Origin: Chloroflexota bacterium | GTDB taxonomy: Bacteria > Chloroflexota > Anaerolineae > Anaerolineales > DRMV01 | NCBI GenBank assembly: GCA_013154225.1 | Contig: JAADCW010000009.1 | Span: 1 to 34,881 of the forward strand | Length of the DNA stretch: 34,881 nucleotides | Reading direction: 5' to 3' | In this document: positions 21,875 through 29,530 of the stretch, one piece after another | Numbering within the stretch: position 1 is the first letter of the stretch | How the letters are laid out: every line of letters starts with the position of its first letter | Notes under the pieces: model-generated | What the model was told of the DNA's origin: nothing | What the model saw: the letters and a program-made list of their open reading frames with translations, nothing else | Databases searched by the model: none | Position numbers and translations under genes: made by a program

Positions 21875-22675
21875 CTAACCTCGGCGGCGGGCAATGTAGA
21901 AGGTATAAGCACCTTCGGGGTGTTTGGGGTTTTCGTAGAGCGGTCGCAGGCGGCGTTCCAGCCAGCCGAGATTCCAGCGTGTGGGCGCGAGAATCCAACG
22001 CCCGGTGAGTTTTTTGGCAATCAGGCTGGGAAGGCCAAAATAGTGGCCCCATTCCAAAATGTGAAGGGCTTTGGGTGGGAAGTAATGCCACCATGTGACG
22101 ACTTCAAAGCCAGTCCGATCAAGGCGGGCTTCCCACGTGGCGGGGGCGTCGCAGTGATGGTGGCGGGAAATGCGGTTGAAGAAAGCGCGGTACGCGTCGC
22201 CCAAGGGGCGTAGGCCGATTTTGTCCAACGCGCGGCCGATGGAAAGGTTGGGCAGGAAGTTGTGATTGGGCACGCAAAAATAGAAAGGCGCGCCGGGCTG
22301 AAGCACGCGCGCGGTTTCGGCCAGGACGGCATCCAGATGGGGGATGTGTTCCAGCACCGAGTTGGAGACCGCGCTGGCAAACGTGGCATCGGGAAAGGGC
22401 ATGGCCGCACCGTCGGCCTGCACCAGCAGGCGGTAGGCCTGACCGTGCTTATGGCGGGCTTCGCGGAGCGGTGCCCACCACGGGTCCAAACCTACATCCA
22501 GAGGGCGCTCGAAGGTGCGCGCGGCAAAATGCCCGTCGCCACAGCCCAGGTCTAACGTGGGTTGTGGAAGCGGCAGGTCTTGATAGAATGAGGCTTCCAC
22601 CGCGCGCAGGAAGGCGCGGAAGTAGGGAAGTTCGCGAAGTTGGGGGAAAAGGTAATCTTTACGCTCAGTGGGCAT
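21875..22675 (-). CDS. class I SAM-dependent methyltransferase
   Basis: The 266-aa ORF has motif I LDLGCGDGHFAA and a post-I acidic residue (VGLDP). It has Methyltransf_11-like collinearity and is the first gene of the operon. Confidence 0.8.
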   Translation of the reverse strand: MPTERKDYLFPQLRELPYFRAFLRAVEASFYQDLPLPQPTLDLGCGDGHFAARTFERPLDVGLDPWWAPLREARHKHGQAYRLLVQADGAAMPFPDATFASAVSNSVLEHIPHLDAVLAETARVLQPGAPFYFCVPNHNFLPNLSIGRALDKIGLRPLGDAYRAFFNRISRHHHCDAPATWEARLDRTGFEVVTWWHYFPPKALHILEWGHYFGLPSLIAKKLTGRWILAPTRWNLGWLERRLRPLYENPKHPEGAYTFYIARRRG

Positions 22676-22682
22676 GGTGGCT

Positions 22683-22691
22683 ATTTTACCA
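22683..22691 (-). promoter_or_regulatory. extended -10 element only 7 nt upstream of the methyltransferase ATG (predicts a leaderless operon mRNA)
   Basis: The minus strand reads TGGTAAAAT AGCCACC ATG. The -10 hexamer ends at 22683 and the A of the ATG is at 22675. There is no correctly spaced SD; GAGGTGG lies 12 nt away. Confidence 0.35.
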
Positions 22692-22816
22692 CCTCAGGCA
22701 TTGGCTGATACCCGATACAAATGTGAGATAAAAGTGGGGGTGCATTCAAAGGTTGGAGAGATGGTCAGGGAGGCTTTTAGCGGGCGTCCTTCAACTTCGG
22801 CGCCTTACGGCGCTTC

Positions 22817-22904
22817 CGCTCAGGACGCGCGACTTCGGGTTTTGGCTACGCTCAGCCTTTCGCTCAGGGCGTGCGACTTCGGTGTTTTACAGCGCCTTTC
22901 GTTT
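22817..22904 (+). repeat. degenerate 44-nt tandem direct repeat in the aspS / methyltransferase intergenic region
   Basis: Unit 1 (22817..22860) is cgctcaggacgcgcgacttcgggttttggctacgctcagccttt. Unit 2 (22861..22904) is cgctcagggcgtgcgacttcggtgttttacagcgcctttcgttt. They match at 31/44 positions overall and 23/27 over the first 27 nt. A third cgctcag lies at 22850..22856. Confidence 0.6.
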
Positions 22905-22937
22905 GGCTTTTGCTTCGGCACGACTGCATAAACAACA

Positions 22938-22963
22938 AGCGGCACCGGAAACGGTGCCGCTTG
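22938..22963 (-). terminator. rho-independent terminator of aspS
   Basis: The stem aagcggcaccg (22938..22948) pairs with cggtgccgctt (22953..22963) around a gaaa loop. On the minus strand it is followed by GTTGTTTAT, 37 nt after the aspS stop. Confidence 0.6.
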
Positions 22964-22999
22964 GGCATCTTGCATCTTGCAATTGGGTGAGGCTTACGT

Positions 23000-24793
23000 T
23001 TAGCCTTGTTTTTCTGCCTTGGGGGGCAGGTCGAGTTTGATGTGCAGTTCTTTGAGTTGGGCCTCATCCACCGGCGAGGGCGCGTCGGCCATGACATCGC
23101 GGGCGGCCTGGTTCTTGGGGAAGGCAATCACTTCGCGGATGTTGGGCGCGTCGGCCAGGATCATGACCAGGCGGTCCAGGCCCGAGGCAATGCCGCCGTG
23201 GGGCGGCGCGCCGTATTCAAAGGCTTCCAGCAGGTGGCCGAAGCGCTCGCGAGCGGTTTCCATGTCCAACCCGATGAGTTGGAAGAGTTTTTCCTGAAGG
23301 CCGCGGTCGTGCACACGGATGGAGCCGCCAGCGACTTCGTAGTTGTTGAGCACCATGTCGTACTGCGCGCCCCGCATTTTGCCCGGATCGGTTTCCAACA
23401 GAGGAATGTCTTCGGGCATGGGCATGGTGAAGGGGTGCTGGCTGGGATCCCAGCGCTGTTCTTCTTCGTCCCAGAAGGCCCAGGGGAAGTCAATAATCCA
23501 GGCAAAGGCCAGGACGTTGGGATCGCGCAGGCCCAGCATGTCGGCAATATGGACGCGCAGGCGCCCCAGCGCGTCGTAAACCACGTCGGGGTTGCTGTCG
23601 GCCACGAAGAGCAGCAGGTCGCCGGGTTCGGCTTCCAGGCGGCGGCCGATTTCGTCCAGGGTTTCCTGGGCAAAGAACTTGGTAATGGGCGAGCGGAAGC
23701 CCTGGTCTTCCACATAGAGATAGGCCAGGCCTTTGGCGTCGTATTGTTTGACAAAGTCGGTGAGTGCATCCACCTCTTTGCGGGAAAGATGCCCCAGCCC
23801 TTTGGCGTTGATGCCGCGCACGTGGCCACCTTCGGCTACAGCCTGCTCAAAAACCCGGAAACCGCATCCCGGGGCCAGGTCGGAGATGTCTTTCAGTTCC
23901 AGGCCGAAGCGCAGGTCGGGGTGGTCGGTGCCAAAGCGGTCGAGCGCGTCCTGGTAGGAGATGCGCGGCCACGGTTCCTGCAAAATGCGTTTGTGCGGCA
24001 CCACGGTCTTGACCAGCGCGGTGAACATGTCTTCCATGAGGTCCATGACGTCTTCGCGGCGGTCCACAAAGGACATTTCCAGGTCAAGTTGGGTAAATTC
24101 GGGCTGGCGGTCGCCGCGCAGGTCTTCATCGCGGAAGCAGCGGGCAATTTGGAAGTAGCGCTCAATGCCTGCCACCATGAGGAGTTGTTTGAGCTGCTGA
24201 GGCGATTGGGGCAGGGCGTAAAATTCACCCGGATGGACGCGGGAAGGCACCAGATAGTCGCGCGCGCCTTCAGGGGTGGATTTGAAGAGAATGGGGGTTT
24301 CGATTTCCAGAAAGCCGTGTTGGTCCAGGTAATCGCGGATGAATTTGACCACGCGGTGGCGCAGTTCCAAATTGCGGCGCATGTTTTCGCGGCGCAGGTC
24401 GAGGTAACGGTATTTCAGACGGATGTGCTCGTCTACGCCATCGTCTTTGTTGATGGTAAAGGGCGTGGGTTTGGCCGGGTTGAGCACCTGTACTTGGAAG
24501 ACTTCGACCTCAATCTCGCCGGTAGGGAGGTTGGGGTTTTCGGCGCCTTGGGGGCGTCGGCGCACCTTGCCGCGGACTTGGAGCACCCATTCGTTGCGGG
24601 CGGCTTCCAGGGCTTGGTGGGCTTCGGGATGGGTGGCCTGATCGGCTACGATTTGCACGATGCCAAAGCGGTCACGTAGGTCAATGAACGTCACGCCGCC
24701 GTGATCACGTCGGCGGTGAACCCACCCGGCTAAGGTGACTTCCTGCCCGACGTGTTCGGCGCGTAGTTCGCCGCAGGTATGTGTTTTGTACAT
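23000..24793 (-). CDS. aspS: aspartate--tRNA ligase (bacterial type, 597 aa)
   Basis: This lies within ORF 23000..24811. The start is set at the ATG at 24793 ([11 protein letters not shown]), preceded by GGAGG. It has the OB-fold N-terminus [24 protein letters not shown], class II motifs ([18 protein letters not shown]; [12 protein letters not shown]) and the bacterial insertion domain. Confidence 0.95.
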   Translation of the reverse strand: MYKTHTCGELRAEHVGQEVTLAGWVHRRRDHGGVTFIDLRDRFGIVQIVADQATHPEAHQALEAARNEWVLQVRGKVRRRPQGAENPNLPTGEIEVEVFQVQVLNPAKPTPFTINKDDGVDEHIRLKYRYLDLRRENMRRNLELRHRVVKFIRDYLDQHGFLEIETPILFKSTPEGARDYLVPSRVHPGEFYALPQSPQQLKQLLMVAGIERYFQIARCFRDEDLRGDRQPEFTQLDLEMSFVDRREDVMDLMEDMFTALVKTVVPHKRILQEPWPRISYQDALDRFGTDHPDLRFGLELKDISDLAPGCGFRVFEQAVAEGGHVRGINAKGLGHLSRKEVDALTDFVKQYDAKGLAYLYVEDQGFRSPITKFFAQETLDEIGRRLEAEPGDLLLFVADSNPDVVYDALGRLRVHIADMLGLRDPNVLAFAWIIDFPWAFWDEEEQRWDPSQHPFTMPMPEDIPLLETDPGKMRGAQYDMVLNNYEVAGGSIRVHDRGLQEKLFQLIGLDMETARERFGHLLEAFEYGAPPHGGIASGLDRLVMILADAPNIREVIAFPKNQAARDVMADAPSPVDEAQLKELHIKLDLPPKAEKQG

Positions 24794-24836
24794 GGGAAAA
24801 CCTCCAACCAAAAATCGCCGCCGCGCGGCGATGGTG

Positions 24837-24845
24837 ATTATAGCA
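24837..24845 (-). promoter_or_regulatory. extended -10 promoter element of aspS
   Basis: The minus strand reads TGCTATAAT, 43 nt upstream of the aspS ATG. Confidence 0.45.
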
Positions 24846-24938
24846 CGAGAGGGGGCGAATGCGTGAGCAAAGGCGCAAAGGTTATTTTATAATAGGCAGT
24901 GTTGTTTGCCCGCGCATTGTCATTTGAGGAGAGGAGCC

Positions 24939-26792
24939 ATGCCGTTGCGTCGCAGCGTTGTGCATTACCGGTTGCATTTGGCAATTTTGGCTATTTTACT
25001 GCTTGTGGCTCTGGGGGGAGAAACCATTGGCCGTTTTCCAGGGCATGCGACCCCGCTGGAAACCATGGACTACGCCACCCACGACTTTTTCATGCGTGTG
25101 CGGGGAACCCTCCCCGCGGAAGACGTGGTTGTGGTGGCCATTGACGACGCCTCTTTTGCATGGACGGGGTATCAATGGCCCTGGCCGCGGGCTTATTTGG
25201 CAAAAATCGTGAATGCTATCAACCAGGGCGATCCCGCGGTGGTGGGGCTGGACATCTTGCTGGCTGAGCGCAGTGACGACCCCGCGGGCGATCAGGCCCT
25301 GGCCGAGGCCGTCGCGGCTGCTCCCCATTCGGTGTTGTTGGTGCGGCATTTCCGCCAGGGCGATAGTGACACCTTGGCTCAGCCCTGGCCCGCGCTGCGC
25401 GACGCGGCGACCTATTTGGGCATTTCTGCGCTTTCCCTGGACGAAGACGCGGTGCTCCGTCGGGTGACGGCCTACACCACATTTGCCGATCAGGTGTATT
25501 ACAACTGGGCGTTTTATCTGGCCAGTTTGAAGATGGGCATTGACCCGCCCAGGGATCCTTCGCCTTCGGGGGTGACGTTCAACGGCCAGCGGGTGCCGCT
25601 GGAAAACGGGATGCTGTTGATCAATTACGCGGGCCCGCCGGGCACGTTTACCACTTATTCCGCGGTCAACGTGGCCGAGGGCGACGTACTCGCCCAAAAC
25701 CCCGATGCTTTTCGTGACAAGGTGGTGCTCATTGGGGTGACTTCCCCCACCCTGCAGGATATTTACCCCACGCCGTTTTCCGCCACTCAGCGGATGGCTG
25801 GGGTAGAGGTGGTTGCCAACGCGGTGGAGACGCTGATTCACGGCAATTATCTGCGTCGTGCGCCCCTGTGGGTGGATTGGCTTTTGACCCTACTGGCGGT
25901 CCTTTTTGCCTGGGGTGTGTTGCGCTGGCGCTCGCCTTGGCGTCAGGTTGTGGCCGTGGTGGGCGGCTTGGCCGCTTACATGCTGGTGGCTTATCTCTTG
26001 TTCCTCAAAGCCGGGCTTTATATCGCGGTCACCGGGCCTTCGTTGGTCATGCTGTTTGGGGTGCTCTTCCCCCTGGTGGAGCGCGCGGTCGCGGAAGAGA
26101 TGGAAAAGCGCCGAGTGCGTCAGTTGTTCTCGCGCTTCATTTCTCCCAAGATGGTGGAGCAACTGCTGGAAGTGGAAGACCTCAGTGCGCTCAACCGCCG
26201 TGCTGAATTGAGCATTTTGTTTTCCGACATTCGGAATTTCACCACCCTATCGGAGAAGCTGACGCCTGAAGAGGTGGTTTCGTTGCTCAACCCTTATTTG
26301 GAAGCCATGACCGCGGTCATCCATCGGCACGGCGGCACGGTGGATAAATACGAAGGCGACGCGATTTTGGCTTTCTTTGGCGCGCCGTTGGAACTCGCTG
26401 ACCACCCCAAGCGGGCGGTGCGCGCGGCCCTGGAGATGCGCGAGGCCCTCAAGGCCTTCAAAGAGGAATGGACAGGCCGCTCGCCCCTGCCAGAGGATTT
26501 TGACATTGGCATTGGCATCAGCACTGGGGAGGTTTTTGTGGGGCTGTTAGGGCCTGAAGATCGCCTCAATTACACTGTGATTGGCGACCATGTCAACCTG
26601 GCTGCGCGGTTGCAGGATGCAACCAAGCGGTATGGCTGGCCTATTCTCATCAGCGAAACGACGGCCGAGCGAGTGGCTGATGAGTTTGCGTTGGAGTTTG
26701 TGGAAGCCGCCCGCTTGAAAGGGAAGACCCAGGCCGTGGGCATTTACAAAGTGCTGGGGCTGAAAAAGAAAAATGCCGAGGATGAGCCATGA
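24939..26792 (+). CDS. CHASE2 sensor domain-containing class III adenylate/guanylate cyclase (617 aa)
   Basis: This lies within ORF 24906..26792. The start is set at the ATG at 24939 (MPLRRSVV) after GAGGAGAGGAG. An N-terminal TM segment is followed by an extracytoplasmic region (VVVAIDDASF...GLDILLAE) and three TM segments. The cyclase core reads LSILFSDIRNFTTLSE...DKYEGDAILAFFGAP...IGISTGEVFVGLLG...YTVIGDHVNLAARLQ. Confidence 0.85.
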   Translation: MPLRRSVVHYRLHLAILAILLLVALGGETIGRFPGHATPLETMDYATHDFFMRVRGTLPAEDVVVVAIDDASFAWTGYQWPWPRAYLAKIVNAINQGDPAVVGLDILLAERSDDPAGDQALAEAVAAAPHSVLLVRHFRQGDSDTLAQPWPALRDAATYLGISALSLDEDAVLRRVTAYTTFADQVYYNWAFYLASLKMGIDPPRDPSPSGVTFNGQRVPLENGMLLINYAGPPGTFTTYSAVNVAEGDVLAQNPDAFRDKVVLIGVTSPTLQDIYPTPFSATQRMAGVEVVANAVETLIHGNYLRRAPLWVDWLLTLLAVLFAWGVLRWRSPWRQVVAVVGGLAAYMLVAYLLFLKAGLYIAVTGPSLVMLFGVLFPLVERAVAEEMEKRRVRQLFSRFISPKMVEQLLEVEDLSALNRRAELSILFSDIRNFTTLSEKLTPEEVVSLLNPYLEAMTAVIHRHGGTVDKYEGDAILAFFGAPLELADHPKRAVRAALEMREALKAFKEEWTGRSPLPEDFDIGIGISTGEVFVGLLGPEDRLNYTVIGDHVNLAARLQDATKRYGWPILISETTAERVADEFALEFVEAARLKGKTQAVGIYKVLGLKKKNAEDEP

Positions 26793-26833
26793 GCCTTGGG
26801 CTGGCAGGGAATTTTGCAAACGATAGAAAAACA

Positions 26834-26862
26834 ATCACGCCCTCGATTGCCGAGGGCGTGAT
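26834..26862. terminator. bidirectional terminator between convergent genes
   Basis: A 12-bp stem, atcacgccctcg (26834..26845) with cgagggcgtgat (26851..26862), is flanked by gaaaaacaa upstream and gtttgtgg downstream. Confidence 0.6.
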
Positions 26863-26884
26863 GTTTGTGGGGCGTGGGCCGGCG

Positions 26885-27502
26885 TTATGCGTCAGCCCAT
26901 TGGATGGTTTTGTCGCGTAAGGAGCGGTTGAGCAGATCCGCGTGTTCCACGGTGACGGGGAAGGCCAGCAGTTCATCCAGCACGATGCTGTTGTCGTCGT
27001 TGATGATGGCGATGTTGTAGATGAAAAGGCCCTTGTCCAAATCCGCGGTATAGACGAACACTTCGTTGTCCAGCAGATATTCGCGGATGGCTTCGTCTTC
27101 CAGCGCGGCTTGCAGGCCGCCCACCGCGAAAATGCGCACATGCACCACCAGGTCAGCAAAGATTTCGGCTTCGGCCAAGGCTTTGAGGGTGCTGGTGAAC
27201 AGGGCTTTGGTTTCTTCAATGGGTGTTTCGCCGCCAAACATCAATACAATGGCTTCAGGTTGGAATGCGGCCACGGCCTCGGCCACAGCGGCTTCTTCCC
27301 CAGGGGTTACCACGAAGTGCGCGGCTTGCGCACCGGTTTCGCGGATGTAGGCGGCTTCAGCCGCTGCGCTGATGGCGCTGCAAATGATGTTTTTGGGCGC
27401 AATGAAAGCAACTTTGGCATAGTCGGAAACCATTTGCGCGCCAATGATTTTGCCTGTTAGCGCACGCAGGTAGATTTCTTCTCCAAAAGTGGTTTTCGCC
27501 AT
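26885..27502 (-). CDS. hypothetical acidic cytoplasmic protein (205 aa), family not recognised
   Basis: This lies within ORF 26885..27562. The start is set at the ATG at 27502 (MAKTTFGEEIYL) after AAGGAAGGAGAG. There is no TM segment or signal peptide. The gene has its own promoter and terminator. Confidence 0.7.
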   Translation of the reverse strand: MAKTTFGEEIYLRALTGKIIGAQMVSDYAKVAFIAPKNIICSAISAAAEAAYIRETGAQAAHFVVTPGEEAAVAEAVAAFQPEAIVLMFGGETPIEETKALFTSTLKALAEAEIFADLVVHVRIFAVGGLQAALEDEAIREYLLDNEVFVYTADLDKGLFIYNIAIINDDNSIVLDELLAFPVTVEHADLLNRSLRDKTIQWADA

Positions 27503-27543
27503 GATTTTCTCTCCTTCCTTGAGATTGGCGGGTAAGTGCAAGC

Positions 27544-27572
27544 ATTGTAAGGGATTTGCCATTGGGAAGCAA
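27544..27572 (-). promoter_or_regulatory. sigma-70 promoter of the 205-aa hypothetical gene
   Basis: The minus strand reads TTGCTT (27572..27567), a 17-nt spacer, then TACAAT (27549..27544). Confidence 0.5.
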
Positions 27573-27661
27573 GGGCAAAGGGTAATTTCTTAGAAAACCC
27601 TCATAAAAAACAGCAGAGAAAGTGGGCTTGCCAGATGAGCAAGCGGCTTGGGGCTGCATTG

Positions 27662-27670
27662 TGGTAAAAT
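27662..27670 (+). promoter_or_regulatory. extended -10 promoter element of the zinc-ribbon gene
   Basis: The element TGGTAAAAT is embedded in the inverted repeat TGCATT-N7-AATGCA (27655..27673), 43 nt upstream of the ATG at 27713. Confidence 0.4.
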
Positions 27671-27712
27671 GCACAAAGCAAGGCCAATTTGCACCCCAGA
27701 GGAGGCGCTCCC

Positions 27713-28018
27713 ATGCAGATTTGCAGCCAATGCCATGCTCAATCGCCCGATACAGCCACCCACTGCGTGCAGTGCGGTGCGGATTTGCGGGAGTTCAGCA
27801 CCCGCGCGGTGGCGCTCAAACGGTATCAGGAAAACCCGCGGGTGAAAGCCATTCGGGTGGTGGTGGCCGGAGATGCCTGCCCCGCCTGCCTGGCCATTGC
27901 CGGAACCTATGCCAAAGACGCCGTGCCCTCTCTGCCTGTGGAAGGCTGCTCGCATGAGGGCGGTTGCCGTTGCACTTATGAGCCGCTTTACGAATACCCG
28001 CTGTTTATGCCTGGGTAG
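27713..28018 (+). CDS. small zinc-ribbon protein (101 aa) with a second Cys/His cluster
   Basis: This lies within ORF 27689..28018. The start is set at the ATG at 27713 (MQICSQCHAQ) after AGAGGAGG. The N-terminal motif is CxxC-N11-CxxC. The C-terminal motif is GDACPACLAIAG...P...EGCSHEGGCRCTYEP. Confidence 0.65.
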   Translation: MQICSQCHAQSPDTATHCVQCGADLREFSTRAVALKRYQENPRVKAIRVVVAGDACPACLAIAGTYAKDAVPSLPVEGCSHEGGCRCTYEPLYEYPLFMPG

Positions 28019-28104
28019 GCCAAGGTCGCGAATTTTGGGCTGTGGCGCCTGCCCCCGTGGAAGGGCGCGCGGTCAAAAAGCCTCAAGCATCCCACAACAA
28101 AAAA

Positions 28105-28140
28105 CACCCCCTGGTTTGCGCCAGGGGGTGCTGTGTTTTT
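28105..28140. terminator. bidirectional terminator between the zinc-ribbon gene and citrate synthase
   Basis: A 10-bp stem, caccccctgg (28105..28114) with ccagggggtg (28121..28130), is preceded by an A-run and followed by ctgtgttttt. Confidence 0.75.
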
Positions 28141-28153
28141 GCTGAGTGAAGGT

Positions 28154-29458
28154 TTAGCCTTCTTCTTTGACGATTTCTTCCAGCATGGCCGTGGTGACCG
28201 ACTTCGGGCGTTCGATGGGGTGCCCGAGCGCGCGGGCCCACACGGTGTTGGCGGTCACGCCCAGGGAGCGGCCCACGCCAAACATCACGGTGTAGAAGTC
28301 GGATTCGGTCACGCCGTAGTGCTGTTGCAGGGTGCCGCTCAGCGCGTCCACGTTGGGCCACGGGTTCTTGGCCTTGCCGTGTTCCTTCAGCACATCGGGA
28401 ATGACCTCGTAGGCCACCTTCGCGGTCTGGAACAAGGGATCGTCGGGCATGTGTTCCAGCGCGAACTCGAACTGCGCTTTGTAGCGCGGGTCGGTGCGGC
28501 GCAGCACCGCGTGGCCGTAGCCGGGGATGACCTGGCCGCTGTTCAGGGTATCCCACGCGTATTTGCGCATTTGCTCGTGGGTGGGCACGCCGCCGAATTC
28601 GTCCATCACGCCCTTGAGCCAGTAGAGGCAGTTTTGGTTGGCCAGGCCGTGCAAGGGGCCAGCCAGGCCGTCCATGGCCGCGGAGAAGGCGTAATAGATG
28701 TCGGAAAGCGCAGACGACACCAGGTAGGTGGTGTGCGCGCTGACGTTGCCGCTCTCGTGGTCGGAGTGGAGGATGAAGTACAACCGGCTCAAGTTGCGGT
28801 AGTCTTCGGTGTCAATGCCCATCATGTACGCGAAGTTCGCGCCCCAGTCCAGGTCGGGGTTGGGGGCAATGAATTTGCCGTCTTTGTATTTCAGGCGGTA
28901 GATGTAGGCCGCGATGGCGGGCAGTTTGGCCGTCAAATTGAGGACGTCTTCCAGCATGGGGTCCCAGAAGTCGGCCTTCTTCAGCCCTTCCTTGTATTTC
29001 TTGGCGAAAATGGAAGTGGGCTGCAGGGCCAGCACCGCGGTCGCGAACATGGTCATGGGGTGCGCGTCTTTGGGCATCGCCTTCAGGACGTCGAAGACGT
29101 GCTGCGGAATTTCACTGCGCTTCTTCCATTCTTCTTCCACCGAGAGGGCTTCTTCTTTGGTGGGGAATTCGCCCACCAGGAGGAGCCAATACAGCCCGCC
29201 GACGTAGGGCATATCGCCCTCTTTGGGCTTGGGCAGTTTTTCCAGCACTTCGGGGATGGTGTGGCCGCGGAAGCGGATGCCTTCGTAGGGGTCCACGTAG
29301 GAAATGTCGGTCACCAGGGCTTTCACGCCCCGCATCCCGCCCAGGATCTGGCGCATATGCACCTGGTCCACGACGACATCGCCGTGTTCCTTTGCCAGTT
29401 TGCGCTGGCGTTCACGCCATTCAGGGATGATGGCGGCAAGACGTTCTTTGAGCAACAT
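28154..29458 (-). CDS. gltA: citrate synthase, eukaryotic/mitochondrial-like type (434 aa)
   Basis: The protein is collinear with pig-heart-type citrate synthase. Matching blocks are GGMRGVKALVTDISYVDPYEGIRFRGHTIPE, HSDHESGNVSAHT, GLAGPLHGLANQ, PGYGHAVLRRTDPRY and KNPWPNVDALSG. GAGGAGG precedes the ATG. Confidence 0.93.
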   Translation of the reverse strand: MLLKERLAAIIPEWRERQRKLAKEHGDVVVDQVHMRQILGGMRGVKALVTDISYVDPYEGIRFRGHTIPEVLEKLPKPKEGDMPYVGGLYWLLLVGEFPTKEEALSVEEEWKKRSEIPQHVFDVLKAMPKDAHPMTMFATAVLALQPTSIFAKKYKEGLKKADFWDPMLEDVLNLTAKLPAIAAYIYRLKYKDGKFIAPNPDLDWGANFAYMMGIDTEDYRNLSRLYFILHSDHESGNVSAHTTYLVSSALSDIYYAFSAAMDGLAGPLHGLANQNCLYWLKGVMDEFGGVPTHEQMRKYAWDTLNSGQVIPGYGHAVLRRTDPRYKAQFEFALEHMPDDPLFQTAKVAYEVIPDVLKEHGKAKNPWPNVDALSGTLQQHYGVTESDFYTVMFGVGRSLGVTANTVWARALGHPIERPKSVTTAMLEEIVKEEG

Positions 29459-29489
29459 AGGGGGAACCTCCTCAGGGTTGTGTTGAGCA

Positions 29490-29523
29490 AACAGGGAAGG
29501 GCAACGCAGGTCCCTTCCCTGTT
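29490..29523 (-). other. intercistronic stem-loop between mdh and citrate synthase
   Basis: A 12-bp stem, aacagggaaggg (29490..29501) with cccttccctgtt (29512..29523), has a 10-nt loop and no clear U-tract. It could be a partial terminator or an mRNA processing/stability element. Confidence 0.4.
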
Positions 29524-29530
29524 GTGGTGG

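Noticed and set aside
22795-22918. Four C(UUCG)G tetraloop-like words in the aspS / methyltransferase intergenic region, suggesting a structured RNA.
   Set aside because: The flanking bases do not form extended stems around any of the four copies (0-2 additional pairs). The pattern is better explained as part of the degenerate direct repeat.
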